A DNA stretch of 64,000 nt from the human T2T-CHM13v2.0 reference genome, Homo sapiens. The stretch lies in assembly GCF_009914755.1 (NCBI RefSeq), contig NC_060929.1, one strand, 5' to 3'. The stretch's first letter is position 1. Each line of letters opens with the position of its first letter. Under the pieces are notes generated by a model. The model searched no databases. It saw only the letters and a program-made list of their open reading frames with translations, and was not told where the DNA came from. A program made the translations under genes and the position numbers. Shown piece by piece: positions 63,601 to 64,000 of this stretch.

Positions 63601-63690
63601 TGATATGAGTTGCATCGTGTTCCTTAATATTTATATGTGAATTTCTAACCCTCAGCACCTGTGAATGTGACCTTATTTACATATGGTGTC
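63601..63690 (+). mobile_element. MLT1B/C-type LTR 5' part, interrupted by THE1
   Basis: tgatatgagttgcatcgtgttcc..ctaaccctcagcacctgtgaatgtgaccttattt. Confidence 0.65.
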
Positions 63691-64000
63691 TAATATGGTC
63701 TAGCTCTGTGTCCCCACCCAAATCTCATCTTGAATTGAAATCCAAATTATAATCCCCACATTTTGGCATAGGGACCTCATGGGAAGTTATTAGGTCATGG
63801 GGACTGTCCCCCCATGCTGTTCTCATGATAGTGAGTGAGTTCTCACAAGATCTGATGGTTTTATAATGGGGCTTTCCCCCCCTTTACTTTGCACTTCTCT
63901 CTCCTGCTGCCATGTGAAGTAGTGTTTTCTTTCCCTTCTGCCATGATTATAAGCTTCCTGAGGCCTCCCCAGCCACGCGGAACTGTGAGCCAATTAAACC
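63691..64000 (+). mobile_element. THE1 (C/D-like) MaLR LTR running off the window end
   Basis: atatggt..gctctgtgtccccacccaaatctcatcttgaatt..gctgttctcatgatagtgagtgagttctcacaagatctgatggtttt..aactgtgagccaattaaacc. Confidence 0.9.

Overview
Primate (Alu-bearing, human-like) non-coding genomic DNA, probably intergenic or deep intronic. I find no credible protein-coding exon, RNA gene, CpG-island promoter or CRISPR array. The longer ORFs in the track come from decayed retroelements (ERV-L pol, L1 ORF1/ORF2, MaLR internal ORF) or from simple/tandem repeats. Content: a decayed class III (ERV-L/HERV16-like) provirus with an LTR16-type 3' LTR and a nested ERV1 solo LTR (1-4470); L1s of several ages, including a 5'-intact but 3'-truncated ~5.2 kb L1MA; six Alus; MaLR/MLT2/MER4 LTRs; DNA-transposon relics (Tigger3a x2, MADE1, MER45); three minisatellites (22 bp, 14/19 bp, ~44 bp); several microsatellites; and a few repeat-free, motif-dense stretches that may be enhancers. 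Repeat family names come from recalled consensus sequences, not a database search, so subfamily calls and boundaries are approximate. I cannot support a new biological system here. The most unusual signals are a 133-bp local templated copy inside a (GATA)n tract, an E-box-laden minisatellite with a 3-unit higher-order repeat, an apparently internally primed L1, a tailless L1 fragment with a micro-triplication, a minisatellite born inside an L2, and a mucin-like ORF assembled from repeats.
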